The position numbers and the translations under genes were made by a program. Of a DNA stretch of 64,000 nucleotides, positions 19,791-29,502 are shown in pieces. A model generated the notes under the pieces. It was given only the letters and a program-made list of their open reading frames with translations, was not told the origin of the DNA and made no database searches. The stretch lies in contig CAWANH010000029.1 of NCBI GenBank assembly GCA_963783375.1, positions 544,001 to 608,000 on the forward strand, in the 5' to 3' direction. Source of the stretch: Candidatus Eiseniibacteriota bacterium. GTDB taxonomy: Bacteria; Eisenbacteria; RBG-16-71-46; JABDJR01. How positions within the stretch are numbered: position 1 is the stretch's first letter; every line of letters begins with the position of its first letter.

Positions 19791-20539
19791 GGGAGCCGGA
19801 GCTCCAGGCCGCGCAGATATTCGAAACCGCGCGCGTCGGTGATGTCGAGAAGGAGCGGGGTGAGCGAGACGTACCCCTCCTCCACCGCGGCGAAGTCGGT
19901 GTCGGACCCGGCTTCCCAGGTCGGGGCGGCCCCCCCGATCCAGTAGTAGTCCCTCCCCCGGGGATCGACCTTCTTCACGATGGCGTCGTTGTAGACCCGG
20001 GTGCCGAGCCGGGTCACCCGGATGCCGCGGATCTCCTCCCGGGCGAGTGGGGGCACGTTGACGTTGACCAGGAACCGGGAAGGGGGGTCGGCGTCCAGGA
20101 GCACCCGGGCCAGTTCGGCGGCGATCGAGGCGGCGACGGCGGGCTCCGGGTGCTTCCAGGAGGTCAGGCTCACCGCCATCGAGGGGACGCCCAAGAGCGC
20201 CCCTTCCATGGCCGCGGCCACCGTGCCGGAGTAGATCACGTCCTCGCCCATGTTCGGCCCGTGGTTCACCCCGCTCACCACGAGATCCGGGCGGGCCCCC
20301 AGGAACTCGCGCACGGCCAGCAGCACGCAGTCGGTAGGGGTTCCCTCCACCCCGTAGGTGCGGTTCCCGAGGTCCTTGATCCGAAGCGGGTGGTGGAGGG
20401 TGAGGGCGTGGGAGGTGGCGCTCTGCTCGGTGAGGGGAGCCATCACCGAGACCTCGCCCAGCGGGCTCAGCGCCTCGGCCAGGGCCCGAAGCCCCGGGGC
20501 GTGCACCCCGTCGTCGTTGCTGACCAGAATCCGTTTCAT
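19787..20539 (-). CDS. surE: 5'/3'-nucleotidase SurE
   Basis: ILVSNDDG, GTPTDCV, SGVNHGPN, YSGTVAAA. Confidence 0.96.
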   Translation of the reverse strand: MKRILVSNDDGVHAPGLRALAEALSPLGEVSVMAPLTEQSATSHALTLHHPLRIKDLGNRTYGVEGTPTDCVLLAVREFLGARPDLVVSGVNHGPNMGEDVIYSGTVAAAMEGALLGVPSMAVSLTSWKHPEPAVAASIAAELARVLLDADPPSRFLVNVNVPPLAREEIRGIRVTRLGTRVYNDAIVKKVDPRGRDYYWIGGAAPTWEAGSDTDFAAVEEGYVSLTPLLLDITDARGFEYLRGLELRLP

Positions 20540-21294
20540 GCACCCGCTCCGCTCTTCCGCAATCGTTTCATCTCACGCACCCAGCGAACGCTTCGTCCCA
20601 CCAGCCGGAGGAACCGCATGGTGTCCCGTCCCGGGTGGACCTTGCTCACCTCGTCGCCGTAGACCACCGGCATGGGAATCTCCACGATGCGAAATCCCAG
20701 CCGGGCCGCCTTGATCAGGATCTCCGACTCGGCGTCGAACCGGTCCGACTCCAGGGGAACCGCCCGGAGCACCCTGGCCGCGATCCACCGGAAGCCCGAC
20801 TGGCTGTCGGTGATCCGCGCTCCGGCCAAGCCGCTCACCACCCGGGAGGTGAATCGGTTCACCCTCACCCGGAGCCAGGGCATGCCCGCCGGTTGCCGCA
20901 TGCGCGAGCCCACCACGATGTCCGCCCCCGCGGCGGCCCGCAGAAATCCGGGGATCCAGGCCGGATCGTGCTGACCGTCCGCGTCGAGGGTGATCACCCC
21001 ACCCGCGCCCTCGGCGAGGGCGACGTCGAAGCCGGTCCGAAGCGCCGCCCCCTTCCCCCGGTTCACCCGATGGCGGACCACCCGGATCCCCGCCGCGGAA
21101 GCCCGGGCCGGAGCGCCGTCCGTGGACCCGTCGTCCACCACCAGTACCCGCGCCGGCGCCAGCGCCCGACCCGCCGCCTCGGCTACCGCGGTCAGCGGAT
21201 CCCCGGCGTTGAAGGCCGGTATCACCGCCCAGGTGGCTCCGGCTGCGGCCGGTTCGGGAGGCGACACGTGCCCGGAGTCCGGCATCCCGGTCAT
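20536..21294 (-). CDS. GT2 glycosyltransferase, polyprenol-phosphate sugar synthase-like
   Basis: IPAFN, VVDDGSTD, NRGKGAA, DADGQH, DSQSGFR. Confidence 0.88.
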   Translation of the reverse strand: MTGMPDSGHVSPPEPAAAGATWAVIPAFNAGDPLTAVAEAAGRALAPARVLVVDDGSTDGAPARASAAGIRVVRHRVNRGKGAALRTGFDVALAEGAGGVITLDADGQHDPAWIPGFLRAAAGADIVVGSRMRQPAGMPWLRVRVNRFTSRVVSGLAGARITDSQSGFRWIAARVLRAVPLESDRFDAESEILIKAARLGFRIVEIPMPVVYGDEVSKVHPGRDTMRFLRLVGRSVRWVREMKRLRKSGAGA

Positions 21295-21444
21295 CGTGCC
21301 CCGCCCGCCCAAAAAAGAGCGCCCGCCGGTCCCATGCGGATCCCGCGGGCGAACGGCCCGTCGAAGCGGTGAAACCGGTCCGGGCGGCCGCCCGAAACCC
21401 TCGGGCCGGCGGCCGGACCACGCGCGCCGTCGGCGGCGATGAAA

Positions 21445-21521
21445 TGGTCGGGGCGACTGGATTTGAACCAGCGACCACTTGCACCCCAAGCAAGTGCGCT
21501 ACCAGGCTGCGCCACGCCCCG
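21445..21521 (-). tRNA. tRNA-Pro (GGG)
   Basis: CGGGGCGTGGCGCAGCCTGGTAGCGCA-CTTGC-TT-GGG-GT-GCAAG...GGTTCAAATCC...CCCCGACCA. Confidence 0.97.
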
Positions 21522-21571
21522 ACCGTAAGACTGTTTTGGGGTCGACGGAGAATACACGAGGAAAATGGGGC

Positions 21572-21952
21572 CTACAACCCCCCGGCCGGGCCGGCGCCGT
21601 GATCGAGGTCCTTGAGAAGCATCTGCAGCTCGCGCCGCACCTCCAGGAGAAGGGCGGCCCGGTCCACGTCGTTGAAGCTGAACTCGAGCTGGTCGCGGAT
21701 CGCGTCCTTCTCGTCCGAAAGCTTCTTCTTGGCCCCGGCGATGGTGAACCCCTTCTCGTAGAGGAGGTCCTTGATGAGCATGATCAGCTTCAGGTCCTTC
21801 TTCTTGTACATCCGGTTCCCGGCCTTGTTCTTTCGGGGCCGTAGCATCCGGAACTGGGTTTCCCAGTATCGAAGGACGTGCGGCTTGACCTTGGTGAGGC
21901 CGGCCGCCTCGCTGATGGAATAGTAGATCCGCGATTCCGCCTTCTGCTTCAT
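21572..21952 (-). CDS. MerR-family transcriptional regulator
   Basis: YYSISEAA, HVLRYWETQF, NRMY, LLYEKGFTIAGA; lies next to tRNA-Pro(GGG), a common arrangement. Confidence 0.9.
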   Translation of the reverse strand: MKQKAESRIYYSISEAAGLTKVKPHVLRYWETQFRMLRPRKNKAGNRMYKKKDLKLIMLIKDLLYEKGFTIAGAKKKLSDEKDAIRDQLEFSFNDVDRAALLLEVRRELQMLLKDLDHGAGPAGGL

Positions 21953-22968
21953 GGACTCCCCCTGCGGACTTCGGCGGGAGAGGGATCCTCGGCCTTGGGC
22001 TCGCGGGTCATGAGCGCCCGCATGGCATCCCGGGGATCCTCCCCCTCGAACAACACGGCGTATACCCGTTCCACGATCGGCATCTCGGTCCCGGTCTCCC
22101 GGACCAGTTCCCGGGCGGCCCGGGTGGTGTGAACCCCCTCGGCCACCATGCTCATTCCCGCCAGCACCTCGACGAGCGGGCGCCCGCGACCGAGTTCCTC
22201 CCCCACCCGTCGGTTCCGGCTGTGCCGGCTGGCGCAGGTGGTGACCAGGTCACCGACCCCGGCCAGTCCAAAGAACGTCTCCGGACGGGCGCCGAGACGC
22301 CCCCCCAACCGGGTCATCTCGGCCAATCCCCGGGTGAGAAGCGCCCCCAGGGTGTTGTCCCCGAACCCGAGCCCGGCCGCGATCCCCGCGGCCAGCGCGA
22401 TCACGTTCTTGAGGGACACCGCGAGCTCCACCCCCACCACGTCGTCGTTGGTGTAGACCCGGAGCGAATCGTCGGAGAAGAGCGCCTGCACCGCGTCCGC
22501 CGCGCCCGCGTCCCGGGAGGCGGCGACCACCGCGGTCGGATGGCGGAGCGCCACCTCCTCGGCGTGGCTCGGCCCCACCAAGGACACCGCGGCCCGCCCC
22601 GGAAGCTCTTCATCCAGAACCTGAAGCATGAGCCTTTTCGTCTTGATTTCCAAGCCCTTGGCCACGTTCACCACCGGGCCGGGCGGGAGGTCGCCGGCGG
22701 CGGCTCGGGCCAGCTCACGAAGCGCGAAGCTCGGGACGGCGAAGAGCGTGCATACGGCCCCGCTCAAGGCGTCGGCCGGGGTGTCGTGAACCGCCAAAGC
22801 TCCGGGAAAGGCGATCCCGGGCAGGTACTTCCGGTTCTCCCGGTCGGCGGTCAGGGCCCGGCGCTGGGCCGGATCGTGGGTCCACCCGGTCACCGCGTGC
22901 CCGTTCCGGGCGAGGTGGACGGCCAGGGCGGTTCCCCAGGATCCGAGTCCCAACACCGCGACCTTCAT
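21949..22968 (-). CDS. gpsA: NAD(P)H-dependent glycerol-3-phosphate dehydrogenase
   Basis: GLGSWGTALA, GPSHAEEV, LKNVIA, GLAGVGDL, SRNRRVG. Confidence 0.96.
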   Translation of the reverse strand: MKVAVLGLGSWGTALAVHLARNGHAVTGWTHDPAQRRALTADRENRKYLPGIAFPGALAVHDTPADALSGAVCTLFAVPSFALRELARAAAGDLPPGPVVNVAKGLEIKTKRLMLQVLDEELPGRAAVSLVGPSHAEEVALRHPTAVVAASRDAGAADAVQALFSDDSLRVYTNDDVVGVELAVSLKNVIALAAGIAAGLGFGDNTLGALLTRGLAEMTRLGGRLGARPETFFGLAGVGDLVTTCASRHSRNRRVGEELGRGRPLVEVLAGMSMVAEGVHTTRAARELVRETGTEMPIVERVYAVLFEGEDPRDAMRALMTREPKAEDPSPAEVRRGSP

Positions 22969-23696
22969 CGGGGGGATTCCTCCGGCTCCGGCTCGGGTTC
23001 GGCGACCGCGGCCCTCCGGAGCGCTTCAGGGCGTCCCGCCGAGGCCTCGGAGGGGCGCGCCGCCCCTCCTTCGGGAGTCTCCGGGCGGTGCTCCCAGATC
23101 GCCTGCTCCCGTCCCGCCGCCACCCGGCGCCAGTTGGTGCGATGGCGGACGAGGACCAGCAGCGTGAGGAGGATGGAAACCGCAAGCACCCAGGGGAAAC
23201 GCGGCCCCAGGGCGTCCCGGGTGGCCACCACGAAGAGGGGCAGGAGGAGCGACGCGACCCCGGAGGCCACCGAGACCCAGCCGGTGAACGCCAGCACCGC
23301 GGCCCAGACCAGAAAGCTCAGGACCGCGGCCTCGGGGGCGAGACCCAGAAAGACCCCGAGCCCGGTGGCCACGCCTTTTCCGCCCTTGAACCGCGCGAAG
23401 GGGGTGAACATGTGTCCGGCCACCGCGGCCAGGGCCGCCGCGGCGGGGAGCGCCCCCTGGACCGGGGGCGGGGCGAGAACGCGCGCCACCGCCACCGCCG
23501 CCGTGCCCTTGGCGATGTCCAGGACCAGCACCCCGATCCCCCACTTCCAGCCCAGGACCCGGTAGACGTTGGTGGCGCCGAGATTCCCGCTTCCGTGACG
23601 GCGGAGGTCCACCCCGTGAAGCCGCCCCACCCAGAGGCTCCACGCCAGGGATCCCAGAGAGAAGGCGGCCACCAGCGCCGCCGCGGCGGCGATCAT
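22965..23696 (-). CDS. plsY: Glycerol-3-phosphate acyltransferase PlsY
   Basis: GSGNLGATN, DIAKG, GH, FKGGKGVAT, RHRTN. Confidence 0.95.
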   Translation of the reverse strand: MIAAAAALVAAFSLGSLAWSLWVGRLHGVDLRRHGSGNLGATNVYRVLGWKWGIGVLVLDIAKGTAAVAVARVLAPPPVQGALPAAAALAAVAGHMFTPFARFKGGKGVATGLGVFLGLAPEAAVLSFLVWAAVLAFTGWVSVASGVASLLLPLFVVATRDALGPRFPWVLAVSILLTLLVLVRHRTNWRRVAAGREQAIWEHRPETPEGGAARPSEASAGRPEALRRAAVAEPEPEPEESPR

Positions 23697-25021
23697 CGGC
23701 GGCGGGCCCGGAAGTCCAGCCGGAGCGGGGTGGCCCGAAGCTCCAGGCGGTCGCGAAAGATGTTCCGGAGGTAGCTCTTGTAGGCCGCGGGGATCTCATC
23801 GGGAGCGTTGGTGAACAGCGCGAGCATGGGTGGGGAGTCCGCGACCTGGGTGACGTAGTAGAGCTTCAGGGGCTTCCCGTTCTTCCGCATCGGGGGCTGG
23901 AGGCGCCCGGTGGCCTCCTCGAGGATCTGGTTCAACACGCTGGTGGCCACCCGGCGTTTCCGCTCGTCGTAGAGTTCCTTCAGAAGCGGAGGGATCCGGC
24001 TCACCCGTTGCCCGGTGAGGGCGGAGACGAAGAGGATCGGCGCGTTGGCCAGGAGGGTGAGCTTTTCCCGGAGATCGAGCACCACCGATCCGGTGGTGCT
24101 GGTGTCCTTCTCCACCAGGTCCCACTTGTTATGGATGATGATCGCCGACTTCCCTTCGTCCACGATCATCGAGGCGATGCGGGCGTCCTGGGAAGTGATG
24201 GGCTCGGTGGCGTCCAGCACCAGCAGGGCCACGTCGCAGCGGTCGAGGCTCTTCCGGGTGCGGAGCGCCGAGTAGTACTCGACGCCGGTGGCCACGTGAC
24301 TCCGGCGGCGAAGTCCGGCGGTGTCCACCAGCAGGTACTCCACCCCGTCGTAGCGGAAGGGGACGTCCACCGCGTCCCGGGTGGTTCCCGCCACCGGGTG
24401 GACGATCAGGCGCGGCTCCCCGAGGAGCCGGTTGGCCAGGCTCGACTTGCCCACGTTGGGACGGCCCACCAGGGCCACGTGGATGGCCTCGACCTCGTCC
24501 TCCTGGGGGTTCCGGCGCGGAAGCCGTTTCACGATCGCGTCGAGGAGGTCCCCCACCCCGCGCCCGTGCTGGGCGGAGAGAAGCTGGGGGTTTCCGAGAC
24601 CCAGCTCGGCCATCTCCACCGCGTCCAGCTCCTGCTTGGTGCTCTCCACCTTGTTCGCCACCACCAGCACCTTGCCGGAGTGGGGCCGGAGGTCATCGGC
24701 GATCGCCCGGTCCACCGCGGTGAGCCCCTCGCGCGCGTCGAGCAGGAAGAGGATCAGGTCGGCGTCGTCCAGGGCCAGCCGCGCCTGGGCCAGGATCGCC
24801 GCCTCCATGGAGTCGTGGGTGTCGGGGACCAGGCCGCCGGTGTCCATGAGCCGGAACGAGACCCCGTTCCAGGAGGCCTCGCCTTCCCGGCGGTCGCGCG
24901 TCACCCCGGGCACGTCGTCCACGACCGCCTCGGCGCGACCGACCACCCGGTTGAAGAAGGTGGACTTCCCCACGTTGGGCCGCCCCACCACCGCCACCAT
25001 GGGAAGCCGCTGCCGTCTCAT
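23693..25021 (-). CDS. der: Ribosome biogenesis GTPase Der (EngA)
   Basis: Two GRPNVGKS G-domains, DTGG/DTAG, NKWD, KH-like tail; ATG 25021 overlapping upstream stop. Confidence 0.96.
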   Translation of the reverse strand: MRRQRLPMVAVVGRPNVGKSTFFNRVVGRAEAVVDDVPGVTRDRREGEASWNGVSFRLMDTGGLVPDTHDSMEAAILAQARLALDDADLILFLLDAREGLTAVDRAIADDLRPHSGKVLVVANKVESTKQELDAVEMAELGLGNPQLLSAQHGRGVGDLLDAIVKRLPRRNPQEDEVEAIHVALVGRPNVGKSSLANRLLGEPRLIVHPVAGTTRDAVDVPFRYDGVEYLLVDTAGLRRRSHVATGVEYYSALRTRKSLDRCDVALLVLDATEPITSQDARIASMIVDEGKSAIIIHNKWDLVEKDTSTTGSVVLDLREKLTLLANAPILFVSALTGQRVSRIPPLLKELYDERKRRVATSVLNQILEEATGRLQPPMRKNGKPLKLYYVTQVADSPPMLALFTNAPDEIPAAYKSYLRNIFRDRLELRATPLRLDFRARRR

Positions 25022-26356
25022 CGCTCTCCCATGGCCATGGCCGGGAACGCCTCCGCCTCGAACTCCTCCCGGTCGGGGACGCCGAGGATCGGGGCCCAGG
25101 ACGCCTCCACCTCCACCCCGAGCTCGCGGGCCAGATCGCCGGGGGCGAGGTCGTCCAGGAACACGCCGTCCTCGTTTACCGATTCGTCGGGGACGAGCAC
25201 CAGGTCCCCGGGGCGGACCCGGGGGCGCGCGGCCTCGAGCAGGTCCCGTCCCCCCAAGAGCCCCGCCACCGTGGTGGGCCGGCCGAAGAGGCGGTTCTCC
25301 ACCGCGACGGCGTGCAGCGAAACCTCGGGGAGGCGGGCGGCGAGGCGCGGGAGGTGACCGGTCAGGACCGGGGCGAAGCTCTCGCCGGTGAGGATCCACA
25401 CCCGCTCGATCCCCCGCCGGCGGAGCGCGGCCCCCCCGGGGATGGGCGTCCTCGAAGAACATGAGGGCGCTCCGCACCAGGCCCACCCCGTTCTCGCGCT
25501 GTCCGAAGTCGCCGTAGTAGGCGGCGGTGGGAATCGGCTTCCCGGCCAGGATCACCAGCTCGTCGGCCACGTAGGCGAACGGGGTCCCCAGCCGCCGCTC
25601 CATGGCCCGTCCGGTGCGCCGGACCTGGGCGGCCAGCCGGCGCGCCTCGGCCCGGGTGAAGGTGCGCATCTCCGGGAGGTTCTCGCGATGGGCGGTGAGC
25701 CCCACCGGCACCACGGAGACCGATCGCACTCCGGGGTAGTAGGCGGCCAGACCTTCGATCGTTTCCTCGAGCACCGCCCCGTCGTTCACACCGGGCACCG
25801 CCACGATCTGGGTATGGAGGGTGATCCCTCCGTCCAGGAGCTGCTCGATCCGGCGGCGGATCTCCCCCGCGCGCTTGCTCTTCAGCACCCGCTCCCGCAC
25901 CGCGGGATCCAGGGCGTGCACCGAAATGTAGAGCGGCGAGAGCTCCTGCTCGATGATCCGTTCGAACTCCCATTCCTTGAGGTTGGTCAGGGTCACGAAG
26001 TGGCCGTTCAGGTAGGAGTAGCGGTAGTCGTCGTCCCGGTAGTGGAGGCTTTTCCGGAGGCCCTCGGGGAGCTGGTCCACGAAGCAGAACGGGCAGTCGT
26101 TCCCGCAGATGCGGATCCGGGGCTCGGCGAAGCGGAGCCCCAGGGGACGGCCGTAGGTGCGGACGATCCGGACCTCGTAGGGCTTTCCGTAGACGTCCTT
26201 TTCCTCCACGGTGAGGTCGAGGATCTCCTCCCCCAGCCAGAGATGCAGGTCCAGGAAGTCGCGCACCGCGCGGCCGTTCACCCGGACGACCCGGTTTCCC
26301 GGACGGAGACCGGCCTCGGCGGCCAGGGAACCGGGGTCGACGGAAATGATGTCCAC
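25018..26356 (-). CDS. DUF512 PDZ + putative radical-SAM protein (one frameshift at 25430-25446)
   Basis: PDZ-like GSLAAEAGL, CGNDCPFC (CxxxCxxC), DDDYR, ENGVG; the C-terminus TVAGLLGG...FLDD is in frame 25018..25401. Confidence 0.88.
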
Positions 26357-26422
26357 GGGTTGGGCTCCCCTTGCCGACCCGGGGGGTTCCGGGCCTCGCG
26401 GAGGTTCTTAGGCAATTCAAAA

Positions 26423-26462
26423 TAAGTGCAAGCAGTTAAAAAGATTACGGGGTTCCTGTCAA
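26423..26462 (-). promoter_or_regulatory. AT-rich promoter region of the DUF512-der operon with TAAGT-N15-GATTA dyad
   Basis: TTGACA at 26457-26462, weak -10 overlapped by the dyad. Confidence 0.4.
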
Positions 26463-26561
26463 GCCATATCTCGGGCCGTCGGCCCTTCCCGGGGGCTTCG
26501 GTCCGCCCGCCGACGCCCCGGCGGGCGGCGTGGGGTCGGGATCGGACCGGGTGGGGAGAGA

Positions 26562-26637
26562 TGGAGCGGGCGACCGGATTCGAACCGGCGACATTCAGCT
26601 TGGGAAGCTGACACTCTACCAACTGAGTTACGCCCGC
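26562..26637 (-). tRNA. tRNA-Gly (CCC)
   Basis: GCGGGCGTAACTCAGTTGGTAGAG-TCAGC-TT-CCC-AA-GCTGA...GGTTCGAATCC...CCCGCTCCA. Confidence 0.97.
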
Positions 26638-26771
26638 TCTCGAATTGGCAGGGGGGATTGAACCCGATGCGGGGAGTCGGTGTCAAGCGGATGCGGCGCG
26701 GGGAGCCCGCCCCGGTCGCCAAATTCACCCGGACAACCGGGCAGGGTCCGCGAAAATATCCACGGCTCGGG

Positions 26772-27692
26772 CTACCGCTTCCAGGCCCGCAGCACCCGCT
26801 CGGCGGTGGTCTCCGGAGACTCGTTCGGGACCACCTGGAGCCACCGGGCGTCGCTCAGGCTCCGGAACCACGTGCGCTGCCGCTTCACGAACCGCCAGGT
26901 GCTGCGCACGATCTCATCGATCCACTTCCGGGGGTCGAGATCCCCATCGAGGAACCGCACGGTCTCGGCGAATCCCACACTCTTCATGGCGGGAAGATCG
27001 GTGGGGACCCCCCGGTCGAGAAGCGCCTGCACCTCCGCCTCGAGCCCGCCGTCCACCATGCCGAGGACCCGCGCGCGCACCCGTGCCTGGAGATCCGCGT
27101 TCTCACGGTCGAGGATGGCGATGGCCGCGTCGACCTCGGTCCGGCGTCCCTTGGTGCGGAGCTCGCTGGTGGGGCGGCCGGTGAGCGCCATGATCTCGAG
27201 CGCGCGCATCACCCGCTGGGCGTCGCGGGGGGAGATTCCCTCCGCCGCCTCGGGATCGAGCCGGGCCAGCTCCACGTAGAGCGCCTCCACCCCTTCGCGC
27301 TCCAGGCGGAGGCGGATCTTCGCCCGCAGCGCCTCGTCCTTGGGGAGATCCTCGTTCAACCCGCCCAGGGCTGCGCGGAGATACAATCCAGAACCCCCGA
27401 CCAGGAGCGCGGTCTTCCCGCGGCCCTCGATCTCCTCCACCGCGGCCCGGGCTCGCCGGCCGAACTCCCCCGCGCTCATCACCGCCTCGGGCTCGACCTC
27501 CGCCACCAGATGATGGGGGACGCGTTCTCGCTCGGCGCGGGTGGGAGCGGCGCTCCCGATCTCGAGCCCCCGGTAGATCTGGCGGGAGTCCACCGAGACG
27601 ATCTCCGCGCCGAGGGCTTCGGCCAGGGGAAGGCTCACCGCGGTCTTTCCAGAAGCAGTCGGCCCGAGAAGCACTCGGAGCGGTTCGTTCAT
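26772..27692 (-). CDS. miaA: tRNA dimethylallyltransferase
   Basis: GPTASGKT, SVDSRQIY, VPHHL, VGGSGLY, KRQRTWFR. Confidence 0.96.
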   Translation of the reverse strand: MNEPLRVLLGPTASGKTAVSLPLAEALGAEIVSVDSRQIYRGLEIGSAAPTRAERERVPHHLVAEVEPEAVMSAGEFGRRARAAVEEIEGRGKTALLVGGSGLYLRAALGGLNEDLPKDEALRAKIRLRLEREGVEALYVELARLDPEAAEGISPRDAQRVMRALEIMALTGRPTSELRTKGRRTEVDAAIAILDRENADLQARVRARVLGMVDGGLEAEVQALLDRGVPTDLPAMKSVGFAETVRFLDGDLDPRKWIDEIVRSTWRFVKRQRTWFRSLSDARWLQVVPNESPETTAERVLRAWKR

Positions 27693-27723
27693 CGGTCGTC
27701 CTCCACCCGGATCGCTTGGTTCA

Positions 27724-29502
27724 CTATCCCGACCGGCCGAACCTCCGGTGAAGATCGGTGAGGGGGACCCGGAGAAAAACCGGGCGGCCGTGAGGGTCCC
27801 CTTGGGGTTTGTCGGTGGCGAAGAGCTGGTTCACCAGGACGTTCATTTCCTCGAGGCTGAGCTTCTGGCCCGCCTTCACCGCGCCCTGGCAGGCCACCGC
27901 GCGGGCCACCCGCTCGGTGACGTCCATGCTGGTGGGAAGCTCGGTCACGTGGTCGAGCACGTCGCGGAGCAGCGCCCCGTGCCGCCACTCGCGAAGTCCG
28001 GCGGGGATGGCGTGAACAAGCACCGTGGTGCCGCCGAACACCTCCAGGTGGAAGCCCAGCTTCTCCAGCACCGAGTGCGATTCCAGAAGCAGCGAGAACT
28101 CGTCGTGAGTGAGGTCCACGGTGAGCGGGAAGAGGAGTTCCTGGCTCGCGGCCGGAGCGCCTTCCAGGCGGAGCATCGCCTGCTCGAAGAGCACGCGCTC
28201 GTGCGCCGCGTGCTGATCGATGACGAGGAGAGCGCCCTCGATCGCCCCCAGGACGTAGGTCTTGTGGAGCTGCCAGAGGTTGGCCAGGACCGGCGCGGCT
28301 TCGTCCTCCTCCGGTTCGGCGGGAGCGAAGTCCCGCGAGGCCCCGGAGGGGAAGGGCACGATGCGCGGGGGCTCAGCGTCCCTCGGCTCCCCCACCCGGG
28401 ACGCCCCCCCGAAGTCCGCCGGGGCGGCCGGAAACCGGAGCGATCGTTGGCCGGGCTCCGGCCCCGCCGGCGGCGCCGCGGTCCCCGCCCCCAGCTTCAG
28501 GCTGGGAAAGTGGTTCTCCACCCGGTCCTTCAGCAACCGGATGAGGCGCGGGTAGAGCTCGCGCTCCCGGAGCAGCCGCACCTCCCGCTTGGTGGGGTGG
28601 ACGTTGACGTCGACCTCCTCGGGGGGAAGGCGGAGGTGGAGGATGGCCTCGGGATGGCGCGAGGGCGGGATGAGATCGCCGTAGGCCTCCCGCACCGCGA
28701 CCTTGAGGAGCGGGCTCATGATCCAGCGGTCGTTCACGAGAAAGGTCTGACGGGTGCCGCGGGCGCGGGAGTCCTCGGGCGCCCCGAGAAAGCCCTCCAG
28801 GGCCAGACCCGGCCCCTCCTCCAGCACCGGCACCATGCGGGCCAGCCGCTCCCGGCCCAGGATCTGCCCCAGGCGGGCGTGGAGGTCCTCGGCGGCGGGG
28901 AGGTTGAGCGAGGTCTTTCCGTCCAGCACCAGGAAGAAGGCGGTCTCGGGACGGGCGAGGGCGTAGGCCTGGAGGAGCTGGGAGATGTATCGAAGCTCCG
29001 AGGCGTCGGACTTCATGAACTTCCGGCGGGCCGGGGTGTTGAAGAAGAGGTCGCGCACCTCCACCGTGGTTCCCGCCGCCCGCGCCGCGGGCCCGGGGGC
29101 GGCGATCCTCCCGTCCTCCACCGTAATCTCCGCCCCCATGGATTCCTCGGCGGACCGGCTCACGATGCGGAGCCGCGACACCGCCCCGATGGCGGCCAGC
29201 CCTTCCCCGCGAAACCCGAGGGAGGCGATGTGGACCAGATCGTCCGAGTCGGAGATCTTGCTGGTGGCGTGGCGCTGGACCGCGACCGCCAGCTCGGCGG
29301 CGGCGATTCCCCCCCCATCGTCGGACACCCGGATGAGCGCGGTGAGGGGTCCCTCCACCGAGACCTCGATGCGGCGGGCGCCGGCGTCCACCGCATTCTC
29401 CACCAGCTCCTTCACCACCGATCCCGGACGCTCCACCACTTCTCCGGCGGCGATCCGCCCCACCAGGGCGTCGGGAAGCACGCGAATGGGGGGCGGCTTC
29501 AC
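27724..29502 (-). CDS. mutL: DNA mismatch repair endonuclease MutL
   Basis: IAAGEVVERP, KELVENAVDAG, LGFRGEGL, DVNVHPTK, DQHAAHER, DPHGRP. Confidence 0.96.
   Translation of the reverse strand: MKPPPIRVLPDALVGRIAAGEVVERPGSVVKELVENAVDAGARRIEVSVEGPLTALIRVSDDGGGIAAAELAVAVQRHATSKISDSDDLVHIASLGFRGEGLAAIGAVSRLRIVSRSAEESMGAEITVEDGRIAAPGPAARAAGTTVEVRDLFFNTPARRKFMKSDASELRYISQLLQAYALARPETAFFLVLDGKTSLNLPAAEDLHARLGQILGRERLARMVPVLEEGPGLALEGFLGAPEDSRARGTRQTFLVNDRWIMSPLLKVAVREAYGDLIPPSRHPEAILHLRLPPEEVDVNVHPTKREVRLLRERELYPRLIRLLKDRVENHFPSLKLGAGTAAPPAGPEPGQRSLRFPAAPADFGGASRVGEPRDAEPPRIVPFPSGASRDFAPAEPEEDEAAPVLANLWQLHKTYVLGAIEGALLVIDQHAAHERVLFEQAMLRLEGAPAASQELLFPLTVDLTHDEFSLLLESHSVLEKLGFHLEVFGGTTVLVHAIPAGLREWRHGALLRDVLDHVTELPTSMDVTERVARAVACQGAVKAGQKLSLEEMNVLVNQLFATDKPQGDPHGRPVFLRVPLTDLHRRFGRSG

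Noticed and set aside
23693-26356. Apparent 887-aa DUF512-Der fusion in the ORF track
   Set aside because: One extra base in the runs at 25430-25446. The true DUF512 C-terminus is in another frame and Der has its own ATG at 25021.
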